Shown here one piece after another: positions 1 through 9,485 of a stretch of DNA of 64,000 nt; position 1 is the first letter of the stretch; the number at the start of each line of letters is the position of its first letter. The translations under genes were made by a program, and so were the position numbers. The notes under the pieces are model-generated. The model worked only from the letters and a program-made list of their open reading frames with translations. It had not been told where the DNA came from and made no database searches. Source of the stretch: an uncultured Gammaproteobacteria bacterium. GTDB lineage: Bacteria; Patescibacteriota; Microgenomatia; Levybacterales; UBA12049. The stretch spans positions 13,827-77,826 of the forward strand of contig CAYQEJ010000006.1 of NCBI GenBank assembly GCA_964416505.1, written 5' to 3'.

Positions 1-65
1 GCAATAGTTTTGCGAAAAAAATCTTCGGCTTTTTGCAAGATTCTTCTCTTTTGTTCATCATTCAT
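1..65 (-). CDS. hypothetical protein, N-terminal fragment (gene runs off the window start)
   Basis: Reverse complement of 1-65 begins ATG and reads MNDEQKRRILQKAEDFFRKTIA. It stays open to the window edge. Too short to identify. Confidence 0.2.
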   Translation of the reverse strand, partial: MNDEQKRRILQKAEDFFRKTI

Positions 66-481
66 ATTTTGCATTATACTGCTTGGGAGGCTGGGAAGGA
101 AATAAGCAATTAAATATTTCCAAAAGATATAGTTTGATCGAATTGACTTTTAACTCCCCAAGTTTTAAAGTTTATAAACTCCGAATAGAGTCAAAATAGA
201 TTGATTCGATAGGCTAAAACTCTCGGGTTTTAACTTAAAAATGAAAATCTATAGAGATTCTCAAGCGCATTCAGGATAATTTGTTTGGAGAAACCCTATG
301 GCAGGACAAACAAATGGCAGCACCGCTAAGGAGTTCCTCTTCTGGGGATAAGTGCTGTCTGCTATGACAGAAGAATGAGATGATTCTTCAAAATTCCGAA
401 GAATTCTAGGGATTTTGATGGTGGCAGGAATGCAATCAGGGAAAGAGAGTGAATAGGCATCTACCTACGATCTCTCTTTTT

Positions 482-709
482 TTATTCTGAAAGAGGCCTT
501 TGAGACTGCGCATTAAGCTCTCCAACTAATTTACCTATTTGAAATTCCTGTAAAACTATTACCTGTCTTAAATTAATACATTCATGACAACTCGTAGCAG
601 GTCTACCTCTATGCCTATTTGTTACATGCGCCCCAAATTGCCCCCATGTAGTTTTAAGTTCGTGCCTCAAGACTTCAAGCTGGTTACCGATACTTTCTCC
701 ATTTTCCAT
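482..709 (-). CDS. small hypothetical protein (75 aa), GC-richer than surroundings
   Basis: ORF track 75 aa. Contains a CHEC motif plus His/Arg-rich segment (AHVTNRHRGRP...CHECINL), which may be a degenerate HNH-like or zinc-binding remnant. No confident family. Confidence 0.3.
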   Translation of the reverse strand: MENGESIGNQLEVLRHELKTTWGQFGAHVTNRHRGRPATSCHECINLRQVIVLQEFQIGKLVGELNAQSQRPLSE

Positions 710-752
710 CCGGGTATTCTACCATAAATAGCCTCAAAAATAAACTATAGGA

Positions 753-1307
753 TTATGGATTTGGTGTTGGGGACTCAGCTGGACTCACAGCTGGATCAGG
801 GCTTGGAGATGGAGCTTCTTTAGAAGCTATATCTAGAAGTTCTATTTGAAAAATAAGAGGTGTATTTGGAGGAATCACGCTTCCCTGACCTGTAGCACCA
901 TAACCTAAATCGGATGGAATCGCCACTTGTCTTTTCCCTCCAATTTTCATACCCAAAACTCCCTGATCAAATCCCGGAATGACCTGCCCTGCTCCTACCT
1001 GAAAAGTAAATGGCTGTCCTCTCTGATATGAATTATCAAAAGCTTTACCATCTAAAAATGCGCCGATGTAATTAACTGTTATAGTATCTCCTGCCGCAAC
1101 TGAAGCCGAAGATGAACCTACATTTAAATCCTGCATTTGAAGCTGAGTGAGCACGGGACTAGGAGTCACATTCGCATTTTTCCTAAAACCAAGACCTGTC
1201 AAATCTTCTCCCATTTTTGGAGTTTTTGAAGACTGAAAAACCAGTAAAACCATAAGAAGAATTAAAAGCCCAAATCCACCAATTCCAATTAAATACTTAT
1301 TGTCCAC
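753..1307 (-). CDS. FKBP-type peptidyl-prolyl cis-trans isomerase, N-terminal membrane anchor
   Basis: FKBP domain signature GDTITVNYIGAFLDGKAFDNSY...FTFQVGAGQVIPGFDQGVLGMKIGGKRQVAIPSDLGYG. N-terminal hydrophobic helix and a Pro/Ser-rich C-terminal tail. Confidence 0.85.
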   Translation of the reverse strand: MDNKYLIGIGGFGLLILLMVLLVFQSSKTPKMGEDLTGLGFRKNANVTPSPVLTQLQMQDLNVGSSSASVAAGDTITVNYIGAFLDGKAFDNSYQRGQPFTFQVGAGQVIPGFDQGVLGMKIGGKRQVAIPSDLGYGATGQGSVIPPNTPLIFQIELLDIASKEAPSPSPDPAVSPAESPTPNP

Positions 1308-1340
1308 GGGGGCTATTATAGCAAACTAAACAAGAGGAGT

Positions 1341-1583
1341 TTATTGTGTTCTTGCAACTTTTGCGAGTCTGATCTTTTCTTTCTTCATAGCTTCATCAGC
1401 TGCAACTTTTTCAAAAGCCTTCTGACATTCTTTATTTGTACATACTACAAGCGTATGTTGAAGAGTCATAAAACCACTATCATTTTTAATTTTTTCAGTC
1501 CACGTTTTTTTAACGATTCTTTTGGAACCGCATCTGTCACATTTTTTATCGACTGATTCAATTGGATTTCCAATTTTTGGCAT
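1341..1583 (-). CDS. small zinc-ribbon protein (CxxC...C..C), hypothetical
   Basis: 80 aa with CDRCGSK and CTNKEC cysteine pairs and a Lys-rich tail. The antisense ORF 1344..1556 is rejected. Confidence 0.5.
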   Translation of the reverse strand: MPKIGNPIESVDKKCDRCGSKRIVKKTWTEKIKNDSGFMTLQHTLVVCTNKECQKAFEKVAADEAMKKEKIRLAKVARTQ

Positions 1584-1679
1584 ATTTATTATTGAGTTAA
1601 GAATGAGGAAATAACTCTAGGATCAGTATAGCAGATTTCGCCTCAGAAACCTAATTTTAGATTCTGGTATAATCTAGCC

Positions 1680-3479
1680 ATGAGCGCGAAGCAAATTATT
1701 GATATTTATATTAGTTTTTTTGAAAAAAGAGGACATAAAAGAATTCCTAATTCTCCGCTTATTCCTGAAAATGATCCGACCACGCTTTTTACGAGCTCAG
1801 GAATGCAACCTTTAGTGCCATATCTCTTGGGAGAAACCCATCCGCAGGGAAATCGCTTAGTAGATGTGCAGAATTGCTTCCGCGCAGTAGACATAGATGA
1901 AGTAGGAGACAATAGACATACTACATTTTTTAGAATGCTCGGAAACTGGAGTCTGGGAGATTATTTCAAGAAAGAGCAACTTCCATGGTTTTGGGAATTC
2001 CTAACTAAAGAGCTGAGGATTGATCCAAAAAAACTTTTTGTAACTGTTTTAGAAAGTCCGGAACTTAATCAAACAGATGAAGAGTCAATTCAGATCTGGA
2101 ATGAAATTTTTAACATAGAAGGGTTAAATCGTGGGGATAGAATTCACAAGTATAACGTTGATAAAAACTGGTGGTCAAGATCAGGTACTCCAGATAAAAT
2201 GCCAGTGGGCGAACCAGGCGGCCCAGACTCAGAGGTTTTTTATGATTTTGGAACTCCCCACGATAAAAGATTTGGAGACATGTGCCATCCTAACTGTGAC
2301 TGCGGAAGATTTATAGAAATTGGAAATTCTGTTTTCATGCAATACATAAAAACAGAAGAAGGATTCAATGAGCTTCCTAAAAAAAATGTAGATTTTGGTG
2401 CCGGAGTTGAAAGACTTCTTATGGCCGTAGAAAATCAATCAGATATTTTTAAAACTTCTCTTTTCGCGCCAATCATAAAATCCATAGAAGAATTAACTAA
2501 TAAAAAATATGAAGAAAATTCCAGAGAAATGAGAATCATAGCTGATCATTTAACCGCCTCAGTCTTCTTAAGTAACAGCGGTGTAATCCCAAGCAACAAA
2601 GATCAAGGTTATATTTTGCGCCGCGTTATAAGGAGAAGCACGGATAATTTAAATGTACTAGGAAGCGAGAATCTAGAACCTATAATTAAAGCAATTGTGG
2701 ATCAATATTCTTCTACTGATGAAGCGCTAAATACTAAATTTGATGAAATTAAATCTTTAATCCTTAAAGAATCAACATCTTATAAAAAAACTTTAAATGA
2801 AGCAAAGAAGCTAATTGAAAAAGAGCTTACCAAATCTGGTGGAGATAAAAAAATATCTTCAGACTTAGCATTTAAAGCCATGTCTTCCTACGGCCTCTCT
2901 CCAACTCAGCTCAAAAATCTAGGATATGAATTTAACGAGATAGAGCTCGCAGACTTAATCGATAAGCACGTTGAAATTTCCCGTGCTGGAGCGACCAAGA
3001 AATTCGCAGGAGGACTTGCGGATCATTCGGAACAAACTGTAAGAGGACACACTGCGACTCATCTTATGCATCAGGCAATTCGCGATATGCTAGGAACATA
3101 TGTTCATCAGTCAGGATCAAATATTACAAGTGAGAGAGTAAGATTTGATTTTAACTTTGATAGAAACTTAACTGATGAAGAAATTAAGCAGCTTGAAGAA
3201 AAAGTAAACGAAAAAATAAAAGAAAATCTTCCTGTTTATTTCGAGTTTATGCCTTTAGAAAAAGCTAAAGAAATAGGAGCAATTGGTCTTTTTGATGAAA
3301 AATATTCTGATAAAGTAAAAATTTATCTAATTGGAGACAAAGATCCTAGGAAAGCTTACTCTAAAGAATTTTGCGGAGGACCTCATGTAAACTTTACCTC
3401 TGACATAAAATCGTTTAAGATAATAAAGCAGGAAAATATTGGAAATGGCCTGCGTCGCCTATACGTTACGGTAGGCTAG
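1680..3479 (+). CDS. alaS: alanine--tRNA ligase, short form (catalytic + editing domains, no C-Ala domain)
   Basis: Class II AlaRS N-terminus (HKRIPNSPLIPENDPTTLFTSSGMQP...FRMLGNWSLGDYFK). Editing-domain zinc motifs HTATHLMHQAIR and CGGPHV are present. At 599 aa versus ~870, the C-terminal oligomerisation/C-Ala domain is absent. Confidence 0.9.
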   Translation: MSAKQIIDIYISFFEKRGHKRIPNSPLIPENDPTTLFTSSGMQPLVPYLLGETHPQGNRLVDVQNCFRAVDIDEVGDNRHTTFFRMLGNWSLGDYFKKEQLPWFWEFLTKELRIDPKKLFVTVLESPELNQTDEESIQIWNEIFNIEGLNRGDRIHKYNVDKNWWSRSGTPDKMPVGEPGGPDSEVFYDFGTPHDKRFGDMCHPNCDCGRFIEIGNSVFMQYIKTEEGFNELPKKNVDFGAGVERLLMAVENQSDIFKTSLFAPIIKSIEELTNKKYEENSREMRIIADHLTASVFLSNSGVIPSNKDQGYILRRVIRRSTDNLNVLGSENLEPIIKAIVDQYSSTDEALNTKFDEIKSLILKESTSYKKTLNEAKKLIEKELTKSGGDKKISSDLAFKAMSSYGLSPTQLKNLGYEFNEIELADLIDKHVEISRAGATKKFAGGLADHSEQTVRGHTATHLMHQAIRDMLGTYVHQSGSNITSERVRFDFNFDRNLTDEEIKQLEEKVNEKIKENLPVYFEFMPLEKAKEIGAIGLFDEKYSDKVKIYLIGDKDPRKAYSKEFCGGPHVNFTSDIKSFKIIKQENIGNGLRRLYVTVG

Positions 3480-3485
3480 TTCTCT

Positions 3486-5786
3486 ATGAAATTACCAAAT
3501 CTGCCCTTTTTGGAGAAAAAGAATAACTCAGAGTATTTCCTCTCATTGGTACTTCGCGATGAAAAAGCTAGCGCTGTAGTTTTTCATGAAATAAATGGAA
3601 AAATTAACGTGGTAGGAGAACACGTAGAAAATTTCAAAACTTCTATAGAAGACGCCACAGAAGATGAACTATTAGAAATAATCGATAAGGCAGTCTCAAC
3701 TGCTGAAAAAAGTCTTCCCCCAAATGTTCAGAGTCAAAAAACAATTTTTGGTGTAAAAGAAGATTGGATTGAAAATGGAAAGATAAAACCTCAATATCTT
3801 TCAAAACTTAAAAAAGTAAGCGATGAACTGGATTTTAAACCAATGGGATTTTTGGTAATTCCAGAAGCTATTGCGCATTTGCTGGCTAAGGAAGAAGGTG
3901 CTCCTATTAGCGCAATCCTAGCTGAAGTAGGACATAAATCTACAAGCGTCTCAATAATAAGAGCTGGAAAGTTGATAGAAACAAAAAATGGACCGATTTC
4001 TGATTCCATGGTAGAAAGCGTAGAGAATTTAATAAAACAATTTACCATAGAAACCTTACCAGCAAGAATTATCTTATTTGATGGAGGACGTGAAGATATT
4101 CAACAAAAATTTATTTCACATAAGTGGAGCAGAGAACTTCCCTTCCTACATCTTCCCCAAGTAAGCGCACTCCCAGCGAATTTTGACGCAAGAGCGGTAC
4201 TTTCCGGGGCTGCAACTCAAATGGGATTTGATGTTTTCGAAGCTTCAGTTACGAAAGCTGAAAAAATCGATAAAGGAGAGGTTCCTGAAATGGAAAAGCC
4301 GATAAAAGAAGAGGAAGATAAAACCCTAGGCGAAGCAGCGACTGAGTTTGGTTTTGTTGGCGGAGACATAAAAGACGAAGAGAAACCAGACGAAAAGATT
4401 GAAGAAGATGAAGAAATTGAAACGCTAGAATCAAACGAGCCAAAGATTAATGAAAAAATGCACATGGATGAAAAACCAAAAACAGCTGTTATGGATAACA
4501 TTTCCCCTGCCGATCAGTTTAGGGAAATTCCAGATGAAATAAAATTAAATAATGCTGATAAAAAACCTCTTCCAATTAATGCATCATTTATATCTATTGG
4601 CATTTTAAATTTTGTTAAAAAAATTCACATAGGAAAATTTGTTAAAGGCGCCAATAGCTCCAGGAAAAAACTTTTAATTGGCATAATTCCATTAGCTATC
4701 TTACTTTTAATTCTCTATTTATATCTTTTTGGGAGAAGCGCTACTGTAACTCTGGGTATTAATGGGCAGGAAAAAGAAAAAGAAGTAGATGTAACTTTTT
4801 CTCAAAGTGAATCTACTAATGCCTCTGAAGACATAATAAATTCAAATTTCATTACAGTTACGGAGGATGGGAAAAAATCTATCCCAACAACCGGTAAAAA
4901 AGAAGTTGGAGATAAAGCAAAGGGAGTGGTAACAATGTTTAACAGCAACTCAAATGGCGTAACTCTCCCAGCCGGAACAATAATTACTTCTTCAAATGAC
5001 CTCAAATTCTCAACTGATAAAGCTGTTACAATAGCTTCTTCCTCTGGAGATATTTTTTCAGGAACAGAACCTGGAAAAGCTGATGTTCCTGTTACTGCAG
5101 AAAAATTTGGAACTAACTATAATCTCCCAAGCAATACTAAATTTAGCGTAGAAGGAAGTTCTTCTATAGCTGCAAAAAATGATAAAGCATTTTCTGGTGG
5201 AACTAAAAAAGAAATTAAAGTTGTCGCTAAAAAAGATTTAGAAAAATTAGCAACCGACCTTCAAAAACAATTAGAATCAAGCGCCCAAGATGATCTGAAA
5301 AAACAGGCAGATAATGATTCAACTATTCTTCCAAATTTCATTACAGTTGAGTTTGATAAAAAAAGCTATTCTAAGGATGTAGATGATGAAGCGACTGAAG
5401 TAAGTCTTACTGCAAGTATAAATTATATTGGTGTTACGTATAAGAATGAAGATATTTTAGCTTTCGCAAAAGACAAATTAGAAGATGGAAGCGATCTAGA
5501 AGTTGATAAAGATAGCGTGGAAACAAGCGCTACCAATATTAAGAGCAAAGGAAAATCTGCAACAGGAAATCTCAAAATTAAAGCAAGACTTGTACCAAAA
5601 CTTGATCAAAAAACTCTCATAAAAGAAATAAAAGGTAAATCTACCAAAGAAGCTACTAGAAAACTAAATGAAATCGATGAGGTAAATAAGGTAGATATTA
5701 AAATTTTTCCACCAATTCCATTTCTACCAAATCGTCTTCCCTTCACCTCAGGGAAAATAAAAATTTCAACGGAGAAAAATGGCTAA
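3486..5786 (+). CDS. membrane protein: N-terminal FtsA/PilM-like actin-fold domain, one TM helix, large extracellular C-terminal domain
   Basis: N-terminal ~380 aa resemble the actin-like ATPase fold of FtsA/PilM (e.g. PISAILAEVGHKSTSVSIIRAGKLIETKNGPISDSMV). An acidic linker follows, then the TM segment LLIGIIPLAILLLILYLYLFG and a ~350-aa Ser/Thr/Lys-rich ectodomain. It starts 7 nt after alaS and its 3' end overlaps the sortase gene. Confidence 0.5.
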   Translation: MKLPNLPFLEKKNNSEYFLSLVLRDEKASAVVFHEINGKINVVGEHVENFKTSIEDATEDELLEIIDKAVSTAEKSLPPNVQSQKTIFGVKEDWIENGKIKPQYLSKLKKVSDELDFKPMGFLVIPEAIAHLLAKEEGAPISAILAEVGHKSTSVSIIRAGKLIETKNGPISDSMVESVENLIKQFTIETLPARIILFDGGREDIQQKFISHKWSRELPFLHLPQVSALPANFDARAVLSGAATQMGFDVFEASVTKAEKIDKGEVPEMEKPIKEEEDKTLGEAATEFGFVGGDIKDEEKPDEKIEEDEEIETLESNEPKINEKMHMDEKPKTAVMDNISPADQFREIPDEIKLNNADKKPLPINASFISIGILNFVKKIHIGKFVKGANSSRKKLLIGIIPLAILLLILYLYLFGRSATVTLGINGQEKEKEVDVTFSQSESTNASEDIINSNFITVTEDGKKSIPTTGKKEVGDKAKGVVTMFNSNSNGVTLPAGTIITSSNDLKFSTDKAVTIASSSGDIFSGTEPGKADVPVTAEKFGTNYNLPSNTKFSVEGSSSIAAKNDKAFSGGTKKEIKVVAKKDLEKLATDLQKQLESSAQDDLKKQADNDSTILPNFITVEFDKKSYSKDVDDEATEVSLTASINYIGVTYKNEDILAFAKDKLEDGSDLEVDKDSVETSATNIKSKGKSATGNLKIKARLVPKLDQKTLIKEIKGKSTKEATRKLNEIDEVNKVDIKIFPPIPFLPNRLPFTSGKIKISTEKNG

Positions 5787-6492
5787 ATATTATCAAAAAG
5801 GAAAGAAAATAAATTATAAGATTTTTCTTAAATTAATAAGTGTAATTATTTTAATTTTTGGAGGAATTTTATTTGCATACACTTTTTTCCCATTAATCTC
5901 ATGGAAAATATATTTTGCTCCCGCATTTGCCTCTCAAAAAATTCAAACTCCTATCCCAAATCAGACAGTTATAAATCCTTCTAATATTGGCACTCTTATT
6001 GCAAATGCCACCAATTCACTAAATACGGATTATACAAATGCCTACAACTGGTACCCCGGTGCACTTCAAAAATCGAATAACATAGCTACATATAAAATCT
6101 CATTTCCAAAAATTGGCATAACGGACGCAATAGTTTCCAATGAAGATGCTGATCTTTCGAAACATTTAGTGCAATTTAATTCCGATACTCTCCCAGGAAA
6201 GGATGGAAATTCAGTTATATTTGGACACTCTACTCTTCCTCAACTTTATGATCCCAAAAATTACAAAACTATTTTTGCGAATGCATACAAATTAGAAGTG
6301 GGAGATCAAATTATTACAGAGGTTAATGGAATAAAAAATAATTATAAAATTGTAAACATAACTGTAGTGGAACCTACCGACACTTCTCCTCTCGCACAAA
6401 ACTTTACAGACAGTTTTTTAACTATAATTACATGCACGCCACCTGGTACAATTTGGAAAAGACTAATCATAAGAGCAAGAATTGAGAAATAA
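5779..6492 (+). CDS. sortase family transpeptidase
   Basis: N-terminal TM anchor, catalytic His context (NSVIFGHSTLP), TLxTC-type active site (LTIITCTPPGT) and a downstream conserved Arg (RLIIRAR). Confidence 0.8.
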   Translation: MAKYYQKGKKINYKIFLKLISVIILIFGGILFAYTFFPLISWKIYFAPAFASQKIQTPIPNQTVINPSNIGTLIANATNSLNTDYTNAYNWYPGALQKSNNIATYKISFPKIGITDAIVSNEDADLSKHLVQFNSDTLPGKDGNSVIFGHSTLPQLYDPKNYKTIFANAYKLEVGDQIITEVNGIKNNYKIVNITVVEPTDTSPLAQNFTDSFLTIITCTPPGTIWKRLIIRARIEK

Positions 6493-6624
6493 TGGAAAGA
6501 ACAGGTATAAAAAGAATTTTAGTAAATATATGGCCTACGATTTATCGAATAGTAAATAATACTTTTTATTTTTTTATTAATTTTTTTAAAAATTTAATAA
6601 ACTTAATGTTAAACCAAATTAAAA

Positions 6625-7899
6625 ATGGATGAAAAAGAACAAGCTATAGCAGCTATCAGAAAAAAACTTGTTGGCAAAAACTTAACCTATAAAGAGATCT
6701 ATGCAATTATGGATCAGATCTCCCAAAACAAATTAGGAGATATTCTCACTACTTATTTCGCTGCCTCTGGTTTTTCAAAAGGTTTTTCAGATGATGAAAT
6801 TTATTATCTTACAAAAGCCATGGTAGAAACAGGACAACAATTAAAATTCTCAGGAATAGTTGCAGATAAACATTCCATTGGGGGAATTCCAGGAACGAGG
6901 ACTACTTTGATAGTTATTCCTATTATTGCTTCCGCTGGATTTAAAATTCCCAAAAGCTCATCGCGCGCCATCACCACTCCTTCAGGAACAGCAGATGACA
7001 TGGAAATCTTAGCTCCTGTAAATTTAACAAAAAAGAAAATTTACGATGTAGTTGAAAAAACAAACGCCTGCATAGTTTGGGGAGGAAGCTTCAATATCGC
7101 TCCAGCTGATGACATCATTATAAAAGTAGAAGAAGCACTTCTTTTTGAAAGCTACGACAAAATTCTAATATCAATAATGGCGAAAAAGGTAGCATTTGGA
7201 AGCAATCATGTAGTCATAGACGTTCCATATGGAAAATATGTAAAAGTCCATACGCTTACTGACGCAAAACTTATAAAATCAAAATTCGAAAAATTAGCAA
7301 AAAAATTCAATATAAAAATTGAAGTACTTGTTCATAAAACCGAAGAACCAGCAGGACGCGGAATCGGACCAGCACTTGAAGTAAGAGAGTCACTAAGAGT
7401 TCTTGAACAAGATTCATTAAAAAGCGAGGATCTCGAAGCAAGAAGCATAAATCTAGCAGGAACACTTTTGGAGATCTGTCTTGCAGATTCAAGTCATGAG
7501 CTCCAAAAATCAATTAGAGAAAAGTATAAAAATGGCTTCAACTGGGCGCAAGATATTTTGACCTCAGGACAAGCTCTCGTTAAGATGAAAGAAATAATTA
7601 AAGAACAGGGTGGAAATCCAAACATTAAAAGCTCTGGTATAAAAATAGGCAAACAATCATTCACTCTAAAAGCTTCAAAAAAATGCGAGATTGAAAGTTT
7701 TAATATAAAAAATCTAACTCTTATTTCAAGAATCTTAGGTGCTCCAAATATGAAGGGATCTGGTATATATTTAAACAAAAAAATTGGCGAAAAAATCAAT
7801 GCTGGCGACGTAATCTGTACTTTTTATTCTGATTCTGTGTATAATCTTAAGGAAGGTAAAGAGTCAATTAATAATTTCCCTTTAATAAACTTTAAATGA
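6625..7899 (+). CDS. thymidine/pyrimidine-nucleoside phosphorylase family (GT family 3 fold)
   Basis: KHSIGGIPGTRTTLIVIPIIASAG and TPSGTADDME are typical of thymidine phosphorylase / AMP phosphorylase. Confidence 0.8.
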   Translation: MDEKEQAIAAIRKKLVGKNLTYKEIYAIMDQISQNKLGDILTTYFAASGFSKGFSDDEIYYLTKAMVETGQQLKFSGIVADKHSIGGIPGTRTTLIVIPIIASAGFKIPKSSSRAITTPSGTADDMEILAPVNLTKKKIYDVVEKTNACIVWGGSFNIAPADDIIIKVEEALLFESYDKILISIMAKKVAFGSNHVVIDVPYGKYVKVHTLTDAKLIKSKFEKLAKKFNIKIEVLVHKTEEPAGRGIGPALEVRESLRVLEQDSLKSEDLEARSINLAGTLLEICLADSSHELQKSIREKYKNGFNWAQDILTSGQALVKMKEIIKEQGGNPNIKSSGIKIGKQSFTLKASKKCEIESFNIKNLTLISRILGAPNMKGSGIYLNKKIGEKINAGDVICTFYSDSVYNLKEGKESINNFPLINFK

Positions 7900-8852
7900 A
7901 GAGAATCTATATAACAGTAGGAATCTTGGCTGTAATTATAGTTATTTCCCTTGGCTGGTGGATTAGAGGAACCTCACCTGCAAATAAAAATGACCAGACC
8001 CCAAAAATATTTATAGTTGAAAAAGGACAAGGTGTAAGAGCAATTGCAAAAAATCTTAAAGATGAAAAACTTATAAAGGATCAAATAGCTTTCTTTTTAC
8101 TCACTAAACAAACTGGATTAGATAACAAAATTCAGGCAGGCAGCTTCAGATTGAACCCTTCCATGAGCGCCCAAGAAATTGCTAAGGCTTTAACTGTTGG
8201 AACTGAAGATGTTTGGATAACAATTCCTGAAGGTCAACGTGCTGGAGAAATTTCTGATGCTCTCGAAAAAGTTATGCCAAACTACGATCCTTCTTGGTAT
8301 AAAAAGCTTGAAGCTAATGAAGGCTATTTATTCCCGGACACATATCTACTCCCAAAAGAGGCTGATATAGATACCGTTATTTCAATAATGACAAATAATT
8401 TTGAGGCAAAATATGAAACTATTGATACTTCAAAGGTCAACCTTACAAAAGCTCAAATAGTAACATTAGCTTCTTTAATTGAGCGGGAAGCAAGACACGA
8501 CGAAGACAGACCCATGGTTTCAAGCGTAATTCATAATAGACTTAATATCGGCATGAAACTTGATATAGATGCAACTCTGCAATACATAAAAGGCTACGAT
8601 AATTCTCAAGAAAAATGGTGGTCATCAAATATAACTAACGCAGATAAAACCTCGAATTCACCCTACAACACCTACAATCACGCAGGTCTTCCTCCAGCTC
8701 CAATCTCAAATCCAGGACTCACAAGCCTTCAGGCTGCAGTAAATCCAGCTAATACAGATTACCTATATTACATAACAGACAAAAATGGAATAAATAGGTA
8801 TGCAGAAACTCTAGATCAACATGAGGCTAACATTTCTCGCTACGGATTATAA
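7896..8852 (+). CDS. mltG: endolytic murein transglycosylase MltG (YceG-like)
   Basis: N-terminal TM helix, then a YceG-like domain (FRLNPSMSAQEIAKAL...ITIPEGQRAGEI...LIEREARHDEDRPMVSSVIHNRLNIGMKLDIDATLQY). Start overlaps the upstream stop (ATGA). Confidence 0.8.
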   Translation: MKRIYITVGILAVIIVISLGWWIRGTSPANKNDQTPKIFIVEKGQGVRAIAKNLKDEKLIKDQIAFFLLTKQTGLDNKIQAGSFRLNPSMSAQEIAKALTVGTEDVWITIPEGQRAGEISDALEKVMPNYDPSWYKKLEANEGYLFPDTYLLPKEADIDTVISIMTNNFEAKYETIDTSKVNLTKAQIVTLASLIEREARHDEDRPMVSSVIHNRLNIGMKLDIDATLQYIKGYDNSQEKWWSSNITNADKTSNSPYNTYNHAGLPPAPISNPGLTSLQAAVNPANTDYLYYITDKNGINRYAETLDQHEANISRYGL

Positions 8853-9155
8853 TTAATTTACTTTTGAAGCTTTGCGGAAAAATCTTTTAGAATTTTTATG
8901 ACCACCTTCATTTAACTCAACATCAATTGATTCTTCAAAATCACCTATTTTTTCTTCTACTTTTTTAAGCTGTACTTTTGCTTCTTTCCTTGCATCATTT
9001 TCAAGCTCTTTTGCTACCTCTGATAGACCAGCCAATCCATCTTCTGTAATTGTTTTCAAAATTTTATTTCCTTTTTTTGTACCTAAAAGAAAAACAGCAG
9101 CTCCGCCAATCAAAGCTCCCAAAAGTACACCATCTGAAAATCTTCCATTTCCCAT
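8853..9155 (-). CDS. YtxH-like small membrane/stress protein
   Basis: Gly-rich N-terminal helix (GVLLGALIGGAAVFLLGTKKG) and a charged coiled tail. Paired with the adjacent DUF948-like gene, as in Firmicutes ytxG/ytxH. Confidence 0.5.
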   Translation of the reverse strand: MGNGRFSDGVLLGALIGGAAVFLLGTKKGNKILKTITEDGLAGLSEVAKELENDARKEAKVQLKKVEEKIGDFEESIDVELNEGGHKNSKRFFRKASKVN

Positions 9156-9430
9156 TATTCTTTTTTATCCTCCTTATCATCCGTGACTTTTTTTATAATA
9201 CTTGCAATTGTTCCCCCAGCTTTAAGCCCCATCAGAATGGAAGAAAGACTAGTAATTGGGGCTGAAACACTCTTTGTGATATCTCCTGTATTATCCAAAA
9301 CCTTATTCGCTTTTGAAATAGTTTGACGAAGATCACGTAATATAAAAAACACCTGAATTCCCAACACCAAAAGAAGAACGGTTAAGGCTATTATTACTAT
9401 AAAAAGAAGTATTTGGGCAGGATCTGTCAT
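9155..9430 (-). CDS. DUF948-like small membrane protein
   Basis: 91 aa: one N-terminal TM segment followed by an amphipathic segment. Family call is by resemblance only. Confidence 0.45.
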   Translation of the reverse strand: MTDPAQILLFIVIIALTVLLLVLGIQVFFILRDLRQTISKANKVLDNTGDITKSVSAPITSLSSILMGLKAGGTIASIIKKVTDDKEDKKE

Positions 9431-9485
9431 GGTATTATCTAACTTATAATATCTAGTGAGCTAGTGTCAAGATACACTCACTATA

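Noticed and set aside
290-360. Possible tmRNA tag-reading frame (gcaggacaaacaaatggcagcaccgctaag)
   Set aside because: No frame gives a tag ending in AA-stop. No tRNA-like T-arm/CCA end (GGTTCGAxTCC) is present nearby.
1344-1556. 70-aa plus-strand ORF rich in Phe/Ser
   Set aside because: It is entirely antisense to the better-supported zinc-ribbon ORF 1341..1583. Its composition (poly-F/S/C) is the typical shadow of an AT-rich gene.
9440-9475. Inverted repeat TAGTGAG...CTCACTA between rodZ and the DUF948 gene as a terminator
   Set aside because: The loop is long (~16 nt) and there is no adjacent A/T-tract on the correct side for a minus-strand intrinsic terminator. It may be a weak attenuator or nothing.
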